Source of the DNA: Camelus dromedarius | Taxonomy: Eukaryota | Length of the DNA stretch: 64,000 nt | Direction: 5' to 3' | NCBI RefSeq assembly: GCF_036321535.1 | Contig: NC_087436.1 | Coordinates: 7,626,001 to 7,690,000 of the forward strand | Shown: positions 1 through 11,756 of the stretch, one piece after another | How positions within the stretch are numbered: position 1 is the first letter of the stretch | Layout of the letters: every line of letters starts with the position of its first letter | Made by a program: the position numbers and the translations under genes | The notes under the pieces: model-generated | What the model was told of the DNA's origin: nothing | Database searches by the model: none | Seen by the model: the letters and a program-made list of their open reading frames with translations, nothing else

Positions 1-164
1 TAACTGTTTGATCAGATACTTGATACTAATGACGTGATTCAGGGTAAACACTTATTTTTGTATGTCTGAGGCTACAAGACTTTGATTAGATACTCGATGC
101 TAGTAATGTGACTTACAGCAAATGCCTACTTGTGTGCTGGTGTGTTAGAGTCCGAGCAGCTGAG

Positions 165-497
165 GTCAGTCACTGCATGTCTGCCCACCTGACTCCCTGA
201 AAAGCCCTGTACACCAGGGCTTGGTGAGCTACCTTGGTTAACAACCCTTTGCATATGTGGTCACGCTTCACTACTGGGAAGACGAAGTGTGTTCATGCGA
301 TTTCAGTGGGCGAGGACATTTGGAAACTTGTGCCTGCTTCCTTCTGGACTTCGCTTCATCTTTTCCCTTTGCTAATTTTAATCAGGATTTGTCTACTGTA
401 ATAAATTGTCACCCAGAGAGCAACAGCTCTCCTGATTCCTGTGAATTGTGGTGGTGAATTGTCATTCCTTAGCATGGTCTCGGGGACGCCTGATACA
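165..497 (+). mobile_element. MER21-like LTR (ERVL class), 3' part
   Basis: Runs through ggaaacttgtgcctg, ttttccctttgctaattttaatc, AATAAA near 400 and ggtctcggggacgcctgataca, ending in CA; matches the MER21 3' half as recalled. Confidence 0.7.
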
Positions 498-885
498 ACC
501 CAGCTTCTGGTTTTCTCTTTCAGCCTTGGTAACATCTACATAACAAGACTTTAAATTAAATATTCACTCGGTCTGAAATACTTTGAATGATGTCTACTTT
601 CCTGATTGGACATTGGTTGCTAATGAACATTTTTAGTACAAAACTACTTATAGGTATAATGAGTGATTTGTAAGAGATGCTCTCTGTGAGTCTGTGTCTC
701 CTTCACCAGAAATGCTTTTCTCCCTCACTGTCTTGGGCATGGGCCATTTATGTGTCAAAGAAAGAGCACTTTTAATATTTTCTTATTCTAACTTTTAAGA
801 GACAAGTTTACATTACATCCTAGATTCATGTAACAGACCCCAGCCCTTCACTCCAACTTTCAGAATTATTTCAGATACCTCCTCT

Positions 886-2237
886 TTTAATTCTTCTCCA
901 GCCTTCTTGAGATATAATTGACAAGTAGAATTGAATATATTTAAAGTGTATAACGTGATGATTTGATATAAGTATACTTTGTGAAATTGTTACCACTATC
1001 GGGTTAATTAACACATCCATCACCTTATATACTTACTTTTTTTCTTGTGGTAAGGACACTTAAGACCTACCCTCTTAGCAAATTTCAAGCATATAATTTA
1101 TGTTATTAACTATAGTCACCATGCTGCATGTTAGATAGCCAGCATGTACTCACTTTATAACTGAAGGCTTTAACTGTTTGACCAGCATCTGCTGTCCACT
1201 CCTCCACCTACCCCCAAATCCACCATTCTACTCTATTTCTATGAGTTTGATGTTTTTTTTAATTTAGATTTCACATGTGAGTGAGGTTATTTGTCTTTCT
1301 CTGTCTTGTGTATTTCACTGAGCACAATGTCTTCTAGTTTCATTTATATTATGGCAAATGGCAGGAACTCCTTCTTTCTCATGGCTGAATAATATACCAT
1401 TTTGTATGTACGTATGTCTACGTCACATCTTCTTTATCCATTCATCCACTGATAGACACCTAGCTTGTTCTGTAACTTGGCTATTCTGAATAATGTTACA
1501 GCGAGCATGGGGGAGCAGATATCTCTTCAGAAGGTACTAATTTTGTTTACAAATTCAAGAGTGGAATTGCTGGATCATATGGTAGTTCTAATTTTAAGTT
1601 TTTGAGGAATTACCATACTGTTTTCTAAACAGCTATAGCAGTTTATATGCCCTCAAACAGTGCCCAAGGGTTCCCTTTTCTAAACATTCTCCCCACCATT
1701 TGTTACTTTTTGTTTCTTTTATAAGACCATCTAACAGATCTGAGGTGATTTGCACTTCCATGGTGATTAGTAATGTCGATAACCTTTTCATTTACCGTTT
1801 TACCATTTGGATGTCCTTGGAAAAATATTTATTCAAATCCATTGCCCATTTTTTAAATCAGTTGAATTCCAGCTATTGAGTTGGATAGGTTCTTCAAATA
1901 TTTCAGATATTAACCTCTTGGATACCTTATTTGCAAATATTTTCTTCCATTCCATAGGTTGTCTTTTAATTTAGTTCATGGTTTCATTTGCTGTGCAGAA
2001 GCTTTTTAGTTTAATGTAGTCCCGCTTGTTTATTTTTGCTTTTGTTGCCCTTGCTTTTGGTATTCATTCCAAATAGTCATTGTCAAGACCAACATCAAGG
2101 ATCATGCCGCCGATGGTTTCTTCTAGGAATTTCATGGTCTCAGTTGTTATGTTCACATCTTTGATTAATTTTGAGTTGATTTTTATGTATGGTGTAAGAA
2201 AGGGGTCCAGTTTCATTCTCTGGCATGTGGATTTTTC
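886..2237 (-). mobile_element. Old L1 (L1MA-like) 3' UTR and ORF2 C-terminal region
   Basis: Typical antisense L1 text: ttgagatataattgaca, ggaattgctggatcatatggtagttcta, gctgtgcagaagctttttagtttaatgtagtccc. Confidence 0.9.
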
Positions 2238-4762
2238 CGTCCCTTCACTTTCATTGTCCCTAATTCTGAATTGAATCTCTTGTAGGCAACATATATATAG
2301 TTGGCTCTTGTGTTTTTATTCTTTCAGCCTCTCTATGTGTTTTGATTGGAAAATTTAATCTATTTACACTGAACATAGTTATTGATAGGAAAGTACTTAA
2401 TGCCATCTCATTAATTGCTTTCTGGCTGTTTTGCAGTCTTTTTCTCTTTTCTTCCTCTCTTGTTGTCTTCCTTTGTGAATTAATGATTTTCCAGAATGTT
2501 ATGCTTTGCTTGTCTCCTCCTTATCTTTTGTGTATTTACTGTAGGTTTTTGTATTGTGGTTACCATGAGGCTTATATAAAACATCTTGCAGTTATAACAG
2601 TCTATTTTAAGTTGACAAAAACTTAACTTTGATCAAATACAAAATCTACCCTTTCACTTCCCCTCTACATACAAACATTCCATGTCTTTTTTTTTAAATT
2701 AGAATATAGTCAGTTTACAATGTTGTGTCAATTTCTGGTGTACAGCCTAATAGTTCAGTAATACATATATATACTTATATTTGTTTTCATATTCTTTGTC
2801 ATTATAGGTTATACAAGATATTGAATATAGTTCTCTTGCTATACAGTATAAACTTGTTGTTTATATACTTTATATTTAGTAGTTAGTATTGTAAGTCTTG
2901 ATGTTACAGTTTATGGTTTTTTTATATTGTGTATTCATCTCCAAATTATGGGGCTATATTTAATACTTTAGTTATTTAACCTTTATACTACAGTATACTA
3001 TAATACAACACCATGTTACATTGCAGATTATTCTAAATTTGACTATATACTCACTTTTATCAGTGTTTTTCACTCTTTCATGTTTTTGTGTTATTAATTT
3101 AATACCCTTTGTCTTAGTTTGAAAAACTCCTTTCAGTATTGCTTGTAAGTCAAGTCTGGAGGTGTTGAATGTCCTCAGCTTTTGTTTGTCTGAGAAAGTC
3201 TTTTTCTCGCTTACATTTCTGAAGTACAGCTTTGTCTAGTAAAGCATTCTTAGTTGTCATTTTTTCCCCTGTAGTTTGAGTGTATAATTCCATTCTTTCC
3301 TGACCTACAAGTTTTCTACTCAGAAATCTGCTGACAGCCTTATGGGGGATTTCTTTCTACATGAGGAATGTTTTATTCTTGCTGTTTTTAAATTTCTCTC
3401 TCTGTCTTTGATTTAAAAGTTTCATTATATTATGTTTTGAAGAAAATTTCCTTGGGCTGAAATTATTTGAGTACCTGTGAGCTTCATGAACTTGAAAGTT
3501 CCAGTTCTTCCTCATATTTGGGAAGTTCTCAGACATTATATCTTCGATAAGATTTTAGTCCTTTCTACCTCTCTTCTCTTTGGGGAACTTTAATAATGTG
3601 TAAATTATTTTGCTTAATGTCATCTCAAATTTTACATAGTTTTTTTTCACTCTTGTTTATTCTTTTGTTGTTGTTGTTATTTTCTCCTCTGACTGGATAA
3701 TTTCAAGTGACCTGCTTTTGAGTTCATGAATTGTTTCTCCTGCTTGATCAAGTCTGTTGTTAATGCTCTCTATTGCATGTTTCATTTCATTCATTGTATT
3801 CTTCACCTTCAGAATTTGTTTGGTTCTTTTTATGATTTCTATCTATCCATTAAATTTTTGTTTGGTTTTTGTATGTTTTTCTGATTTTGTCAGATTTCTT
3901 TCTGTATTTGTCTCATAGCCCATGGCCTTCCCTTTAAACAACTATTTTTAATTTTTATCAAGCAAATCACAGATATCCATTTTTTGGGGGTGTTGATTAC
4001 TGGACAATTATTGTGTTCCTTTGGTGGTGTCATGTGTCTTTGATTTATCGTATGTTTGGAAGTCTTGTGTTGCTGTCTTTGTATTTAAAGAAATAATCAC
4101 CTCCTCTAATATTTACTAGATAGGCTTCGGGAGAGAAAAACTTGTTAGCATTACTGGGAATTCTGAGGCTTTCTAGATCTTTTCCATGGGTTTGCCTGAA
4201 TTATTAAATTTGCATGACTTTCTAGATCTTGTAAAGTCAGGGGAGATACTGACAGTCTCCCATTTGCTTTTCTCTGGAGTGGTGCTAATACTTAAGTTTG
4301 TGTGCTTGCTCTCAGTGCCACAAAGTGGGGCTGGCTTTATGTGCATAGTAACTACCTGTCTGCAAAGGCTTGGAACTTGCATAGACTCCTTGCACAGGGA
4401 GCTGGCCACATGTTACGAGGTGTGTGGGTGAGTGATGTGGCATGTTGGGGGTGCCCATGGGCTAATGCCAGGGGATCTGAAGGTGAAGCGTCCCCAGAGC
4501 TTTATGAGCAAGCTTCTTGATGAACTCCATGAAGTAGTTATCAAGATACACATCCTTGATGCTCTCTTAGAGCTCTGGCTACTGTTATCCCAGCCCTTTC
4601 CCACCCGGGGTCGTGCAGCTCATCTCAGTATTCCAGATGGGGAAACAAAAAAGGGGGCCTTTGGGGCAGCATCCTGCATAGCTGAGGAAGCTGGGCTGTC
4701 ACCTGCATGCTCTCATTTTACCATGTGGGCAAAATCGCAGGCAAGACGTTCCTTTTTTGCAC
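2238..4762 (-). mobile_element. L1 5' part: ORF2 endonuclease N-terminus, ORF1 and 5' UTR (decayed)
   Basis: Minus strand of ~2260-2400 reads like the ORF2 start (LSITMFSVNRLNFPIKTHREAERIKTQEPT, versus the SIITLNVNGLNSPIKRHR-type motif). T-rich ORF1 antisense sequence and a GC-richer UTR follow. Confidence 0.8.
2687..2893 (-). mobile_element. Young 5'-truncated L1 3' end nested in the older L1
   Basis: poly-T, then agtcagtttacaatgttgtgtcaatttctggtgtacagc and caagatattgaatatagttc; the same 3' end recurs near 46.0, 47.6, 53.7 and 60.7 kb. Confidence 0.9.
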
Positions 4763-4765
4763 AAG

Positions 4766-4925
4766 TTATTTTAAGTCAAATAAGTTTTATCTTTGATATA
4801 AAATTTGCATTTTGAATTGCTTAGTGTGAACTTTTAGAACTCAACAGTGTTAATATTGGAGTCCAGAATAAAATCCTTAGTTAGTTCAAGTGAGGAGATA
4901 GTCTTTAGTGGCAGAGATGAGGCAC
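4766..4925 (+). repeat. Left arm of a diverged inverted repeat
   Basis: ttttatctttgatataaaa...actcaacagtgttaatattggagt...aaatcct...gtggcagaga is the reverse complement, with mismatches, of 5598-5761. Confidence 0.85.
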
Positions 4926-5184
4926 TAGGCTGGGAGCTAGGTGATGCAAGGAAAATGAAACTCTTCCTCTTACCCTCTTGGGTGCATAGAATATGGAATG
5001 TTTTCATTCCAATGGTGTGTTGGAAATTCTCCACTGGACTCTTAGACATCCACAAAATTACTTTCGCCCCTAGGCAATTGTCAAAATTGGTGTTCTTTGT
5101 GGGGCAAATGGTAGAAAACTGTTATTCTGCTGTCTTGCTAATTTTTCAGCTTCCAGATACTTCCTGTTTTTTAACTTTTGGTAA

Positions 5185-5345
5185 GATGGACTCTGAGCCT
5201 GGACATTGGCGTTATGGAGACCTTTCACTTACGCTGTGAAATTGGAATATTCATTTACTCCTGTAGATCTCAGTTTCTTTATGTTCAAAATGCTTAAATA
5301 CTTTATAGAGTTATTGGGAAGATTATAAAATAGATATTTATACAT
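5185..5345 (+). mobile_element. MIR SINE
   Basis: ggactctgagcc start and core ctcagtttctttatgttcaaaatg...atagagttattgggaagatta. Confidence 0.65.
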
Positions 5346-5597
5346 TAAATTATTTCTAGAGTGAATATAGTTCAGTTGTTAAGAATACTGGCTGTGGAGT
5401 TAAATAGATGTACACTCAAATTCTGTTGTAAGAATTGGATGACATCTTGATAATAATTTGTCAAGCTTTAAGGTACAGAGCTGTTATACAATAAATGATG
5501 AATTATCATTATTATACTATTTTCCAGTTGCTCTAGGTTCTGTATCTTTATGTGTAGAATTATTGTTTCTCATGTTCCCTTTACAAATGAAAATTCA

Positions 5598-5761
5598 GCT
5601 GCCTCCTCTCTGCCACCAAAAGATCATCTACCTGTTTGGATTAATTGAGGATTTCCTTCTTAACTCCAATATTAACAGTGTTGAGTCACAAAAGGCTCAT
5701 AGCAAACAATCTAAAATGTGAATTTTTATATTAAAGATAAAATGCATTGACTTATAAAATA
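5598..5761 (-). repeat. Right arm of a diverged inverted repeat
   Basis: tctctgccac...aggattt...actccaatattaacagtgttgagt...ttttatattaaagataaaa pairs with 4766-4925. Confidence 0.85.
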
Positions 5762-6339
5762 CCCCTCTTTGGTAAACTTCAAAATTCTTGATAATTTGGG
5801 AGAGAGGGCTTTTTTTTTCCCTGACAGTGAAAAATTTACAGTTCATATTTGAGCACATCAGAAATGTCAATATGCCAAGATTTTCAGGTAAAGTGACAAG
5901 TAACGATTTTTGCTGTTGATTTCATTGATTTTTCAGGTAGATTTAAAAATGATTTTCATTTTACAGATGGTACTATTAATTCATGAAGAGCACAAATTGT
6001 TTGTCGATGATTTAGCAGCAAGTTTGTTTGTAATCTATGAAAAACACAGTTGGACGTTTTCTAACATCACCTTTTGTTGGGAAACAAATATGATATAATC
6101 TATAGTGAGCAGATGTGCAAGACATAATTTTAGCTTTGTTGGCATACTCTTTTTTTAATGTGTTGCTATGAAATCAGTGATGTCTAAAACTACCATACTG
6201 CCTTGGTTCTAATTAAAAGGACCAGTGGTCTATGAATATTAATATGAGAGAGTCCAAAGAACAAAGAACTCACAGATGAAATCAATGGAGAAAATAGAAA
6301 AACAAAAAAGAAGCTATGAATAATCGGTAGCAAAAAGGT

Positions 6340-6900
6340 ATTAACTGTACACCAGGCATGGTGTTGGGTGTGCACATTAGAAGGCAGTTGCAATCACTTA
6401 GATTAGAATAAGAATACAGATGCTTTAGACTGGGATACTAGCCTTGGTGGTCCTGAGGGGAGTCAGAATCTGAACCTGTTTTGAAAGGTGAGTTTGAATT
6501 GAATGTGGATTGTCAGAAAAAGTATGCCTCCAAGGTTTGTTTGGCAGTATAAACTGGAGGGATTGGCTTGCCATTTGCTCAGGAGTAGAAGACACAGAAC
6601 AGTTTGGGGATGGAGTGGAAATCTGTATTGCAAATTTGAACACATTAAATGTGAGATCTTTTTGATTACTGAAGTAGTTATCTGGTAAGCCATTAGACAT
6701 TTGAGTCCAGAATTAAGACAAGAGGCATAGGAAGGAGGTATAGATTTCCAGAATTAAGACAAGAGGCGTAGGAAGGAGATATATTGTCATATAGATGTTA
6801 AAGCCAGGAAACAGGAGAGATTACAATGTTGGGAAAGTCAAATGGGAGAAAAAAAAGAAGAGATTCAACAGACTCAAGGCTCAGCCTGAGGGTCACTTAA
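6340..6900 (+). mobile_element. L2 LINE fragments
   Basis: Purine-rich L2-type text, e.g. tttgaacacattaaatgtgagat and ccattagacatttgagtccagaatt. Confidence 0.55.
6706..6784. repeat. 41-bp tandem duplication
   Basis: tccagaattaagacaagaggc(a/g)taggaaggag starts at both 6706 and 6747. Confidence 0.95.
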
Positions 6901-7914
6901 AAATTTGGAGTTAAGTAATAAGCAAAATCCAAAAGGAGATATGAAACAGTACCTACATGTGAAAAATTGCAGAAAATCCAGGTGAAAGTAACATGCAATA
7001 AACCTATGAGAAAATAGCCTAGCTAAGATAACATTCCATAAAAATTTCTGGGCATCTCCTTTCCTACTCTCATCCCTATTTATTCAATCTTAAGATAAAA
7101 CATTTGTTCATAACAATGACAGATTGAGTTCTTTAAATTTGGATCCGATGAATGTGAATAAGAACACACAGGCATGTGTTGAGATAGACTGAGTCTATAC
7201 CAGATATGATAAGTGTAAACATGATATTCAGTTGACCTCAGTACCCCACACTCTAACAGACACTAACACAAGGATTTGTGCCTTTTTTGGGAGCTAGGGA
7301 AAACTACTCCACATTTTTCTATAAGGAGGTTGATTTTTTTTCCTTTTAAGGGCTTCTTCCTTCACTTAACATATTCATTAATCTTTATTTACTTATTTAT
7401 TTTTAATTTGTATTTTTTAAAAATGATACCTATTAATTGACTACAGAGATTTTTCTCCATGCAATGTGCTCTACTAGATCCTGGCTGTCTGACTTCTATT
7501 TCAACAGGTAATCTCTTGGTTTCCTGCTGGTGTAGCACAACTGTATAATCTTGGTTTTTTGTATCTGTGACTACATTTTGCAGGTCAGTGCCAAAGGGAG
7601 GGATTTTGACCTTGTTGGCTAAAAAGTAAATTTCGGATTGGAATCAAAGCTAAGTTATGATTTCTTTCATTGGGCAGAAACTTGCTAATATATTTCCTAT
7701 GTGGCAAAGTTAAATGTGCTTCCTGTTTATAAATTCAGTGAGTTTATAGTTTGTAAACACATTGATGTCAATATCATAGGAAAGACCAGATTATCAAATT
7801 GGTAAATGCAACACTATAATCTTTCTGAGTGGGCAGAGCCACAAGGTTAAAGCAATCTGCATTCCTGCTTCTTCAGGGAAGCTTTTTTGTGCTTTGGTGA
7901 GTGAAAAAAAAAAA

Positions 7915-7990
7915 ACTTTGGTTGTATTAAGCCACTGAGATTTGTGGTTGTTTGCTACCCAAGCAAAAGCTGTTTGATCCCAACTAATTC
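7915..7990 (+). mobile_element. MLT1 LTR 3' fragment
   Basis: ttaagccactgagatttgtggttgtttgctac is the MLT1 3'-end motif. Confidence 0.6.
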
Positions 7991-8605
7991 GAGTGGTTAA
8001 AGAAGCTAAGGGAAGACTGTATCTTTGTGACTGCTAGAGTCACAGGGATTTCTTAAAAAATCAAAGCACTGACTTAAAGCTAGATGCAAATAGACAATCT
8101 TGCAAACTGGGGGAAAATTATTATAAAATTGAAGGCATGCTACGTGGGGCCTGGTACTGCCGATTTGACATGAAATACTTTTTATTCCCTTTTAGCATTT
8201 ACTTTATCTTCTACTGAAACTCCAATGTCACACTTAGGAAAGGAGAAATGCATATCAGAGGCATAAAAATAGAATTCTCTCCTTGAGTAGATACCACCTG
8301 CTCTATGCGTAGTCTCGCATTCTCTTTTTTTAATTTTAACACATTACTTTTGACAAGATTTTTCTATCTGTGGAAGGCTGTCAATGAGAAAAGTGGATCT
8401 GCTTTATTCTGGGGAAATTCTATTAGTAATGATAGTCACAGATGAGCAACAGGGTGATCAAATAATGCTCGTGGACTAGCAGAGTGATTAAAGAATCAAT
8501 CGTTGGCTCCTGGAGAATTTTACCGCTCTCTGTAAAATAATTTAAAATGTACTGAGGAATAGATTTTTATTTTGAAAACTCTTCAATGTATAGCAAACTG
8601 AGCTA

Positions 8606-8647
8606 TACACACGTACACACACACACACACACACATATATATGTATA
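8606..8647. repeat. (CA)n/(TA)n microsatellite
   Basis: Directly visible. Confidence 0.95.
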
Positions 8648-9211
8648 GAAATAATTAATAACTTAGGAAGAGTTTGATAACACAGAAACTGTCATATTGT
8701 GATCTTGGTCAAACGCTGTTGGCTTTAATTTGCCTGGGCAGTGAGAACATAGATTATTAAAAAGCTGCTATCTCCATGTGATTATTTACTACAAAGTTAG
8801 AAAAACTAAATAACTAAGATTTGCATTTTAAAATTATTTCAAAATGTTATGAGATTTCCAGCTCAATACACCTGGAATCCATTTGTGGTATATTTACCAA
8901 ATATTCATGCCTCCTGAATGGTTTGGAAGACCTCTGCCTGCCAATCGTCTCAAGTAGCTTAACTTTTAACTGATTATATTTCACTAGGGAAACAGAGTAA
9001 TATTAAATTGTGGTGCCACTTGTGGTTGAAAAAGATAGAGAAGGTGACTTAGGGATACGCAATTTTAATTAGTGGGCTTATTTTTATATATTTCTGTAGT
9101 ATTATTGTACTTGTGTCATGTATAGATGAATGAATGAACGCTTGAAGCAATTTGAATATGTTTAATAAATTGACGTATGTTTTCTAAATTGAGACACATT
9201 TGTAAAATAAT

Positions 9212-9625
9212 CACTATGAGTTGAATGTCTGTGTTCCCTCAAAGTTCATATGCCAAAATCCTAAACCCACCCGAAACTGATGTATTGTGACTGACTGTAC
9301 TTCAGTGGTGTTTTCAATGGTGTTTTAACGGTGTTAAGGGGTGGAATCTTTTGGAGATGTTTGGGTCTGGAGGGTGGAACCTTCAAGAATGGATTAGTGT
9401 TCATCTAAAAGAGACCCCACAGTGCTGCCCTAGTCCCTTCCACCATGTGAAAACCCAGTGAGAAGGTACCAGCTATGAGCCAGGAAGATCTTCACCAGAA
9501 CATGACCATGCTGGTGCCTTGAACTTGGACTTCTAGCCACCAGAACTGTAAGAAGTACATTTCTGTTTTTTATGAGCTACCTAGTCTCTGTTATTTCATT
9601 ACAGCAGTCTGAACGGACTATGGAA
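9212..9625 (+). mobile_element. MLT1A-type MaLR solo LTR with 5-bp TSD (ATAAT)
   Basis: Starts ctatgagttgaatgtctgtgttccc and ends gaacggactatggaa; ATAAT at 9207-9211 and 9626-9630. Confidence 0.85.
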
Positions 9626-9830
9626 ATAATATTTCACAGAACTCTCTGAACATCTTCTTAGGATCTGAACACAGAACTTATGTAAAGTTAATCTTCTACT
9701 TTTCAATAATGTCTTAGAGATTCCATCTTAACCTTGGAACCCTCTTGGGTTGATGAAATCCAAAAAGGATTTAAAACTAGCTTTGCAGCACTCTCCATTA
9801 AAAAATTGCTCACTTCTAAGATGGAATCAG

Positions 9831-10278
9831 TGTTGTAGATTGAATTATTGGTCCCTATGCTTTACTTTTCTCTGTATGCATTTCCTTTGTGTTGTAAATT
9901 TGCAGTTGATGTCACAAAGAGTAGATTCTATTTCTTTATACTTTGAATTAGGATTCTGCCATATAACTTGCATCGGTCAATGACCAGCTAGTGGATGGGA
10001 CACAAGTAGGGACTTTAAGTGTCATCATGATTGGGTCTTTCCTTTTGTGACTGCAATCACTTGGATAAAAACATGTCTTTCTTAGGCCACTGGTTGAAGG
10101 AGGGAGAAAGGCATGTAGAAGAGATGCCAACTCTCAGATCTGCGATGTTCAGAGTTCAGCCAGGACAAGCTGGTACAGAGCCACCCCAGTACATCCATGA
10201 GAATAAGTGTTGCATTGCTTTAAACCCTTGTGTGTTAGGGTTATTTTATCACACAGTGTAATGGTCACTGACTAATAA
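9831..10278 (+). mobile_element. Older MLT1 solo LTR
   Basis: Starts tgttgtagattgaattattggtccc; 3' end aataagtgttgcattgctttaaacc...gactaata. Confidence 0.7.
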
Positions 10279-11756
10279 AATCAGGAATGTCATCGTTTTT
10301 AGGAAATTAGAGCTGGACCATTTATCTGGAGTAAGTTGAAGATTCCTAAGATGGCAGAGAATCTACTATCATTTCTTACTACTCTATTTCCATGTGAGAA
10401 CCCAGAGGGAAATATTAAAAAAAAGGCCATGCTCATTTTACCATTTTTGCTCATAAGCACCAATATTTACTTCCTGTGTTCTAGACGTGGATTCTTTTCT
10501 ACCTTGATACATCAGACCTGAAAATCCTCTCCAACTTTTTAACATGTCTGACAGAACTTTAAAAAACTCCCAGATACTTTTTTGAAATATCTGGATTTTA
10601 CTACCTGTCCTTTGACTTAAGATATCTGTCTGATTCCTTTAGTCATATGTAATAGATACTAGCTACACTTGAAGGTAGCCATTGCTGGGCTATAAAATAA
10701 GGCCATCATGTAGATCTAATACTATAATCTATTGCACTAGTTTCTTACTTTCCTTACATTTAAACACCTCAAATTACCATCTGGGTCCCTGGCCATATCA
10801 CCTGGTGATTTTTAAAGATCTATATTTCTTTTCATTTTATCCACATCTCATCATCCAAACTCCAGCAGATAATCTGTTGCTTATAAGGCATCTACGTCCT
10901 AAGTCTTAGTCTACAATCTAAGATGCTACACAGTTAAAGCATTTTTAAGTCCCAAGGCTGGCTCTAGGAAGATAAAAATAAAAGTGCAAAAAAAAAAAAA
11001 AAACCTAATAATTTTACATTAGAGAAAGTATAGCTGAAGCAGATCCAAGAAGAGAAAAAAGAGGAACTAAAGTGATCAAAGTCAGAAGAGAAATGCTTGC
11101 CATCTGCCTCCCAGATTTACTGCGAGCACACCTTGTGACTCACTTGTGGGTTTATGTGGATGTTTCTGTGAGAATTGTTGTAAGATATATAAGGTGAGCA
11201 AATGGAAAAGCAGAAGGCTATCCAAATGCATTTGAGCTACCGTCCTTTAGTGAAAGCTGGCTTATTTAAAAAATTTCGATTCTTGTCAGGGGAAATCCTG
11301 GCAGTAAGACTCCAAAACCACTATAAATTTATTTCACTTTACACAAAGCTTTTCTTTAACAAAACAAGATATATAACTGTACAACTTTATTTTGTGGTAG
11401 GCTTTAAATTATTTCAATCAAATATAGGTATATTTCAATAATTCCAGTATATAAACTTTGAGTATTTGCACATTTTTAATCATCAGAGGCAGTTTCTGAA
11501 ATCATTATATATTATATTTCAAAACAGTAAATTAAGCATGTGCAGTTACTTTCAGAATGCAGAGAAATATAGATCATCTTGGGGCCAAGCCTGTAATAGA
11601 ACCATTCATTGCTTTAAGCTCTCACTAAACACAATTATGATTTTGTTTGTTTGGGATTTTATGTTTCTCCAAGAAATTAATGGTTAATATGGTAATGAAC
11701 ACCCACAGGAAAAAAGATATATTTACAGACTCTTTTAAAAAATCGTTTTCTTCCAT

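Noticed and set aside
4173..5239. Cluster of overlapping ORFs up to 130 aa
   Set aside because: They lie in the GC-richer L1 5' UTR and adjacent noncoding or MIR sequence; no recognisable domain.
6706..6784. Direct repeats considered as a CRISPR-like array
   Set aside because: Only two adjacent copies, no spacers, no cas genes and a mammalian context.
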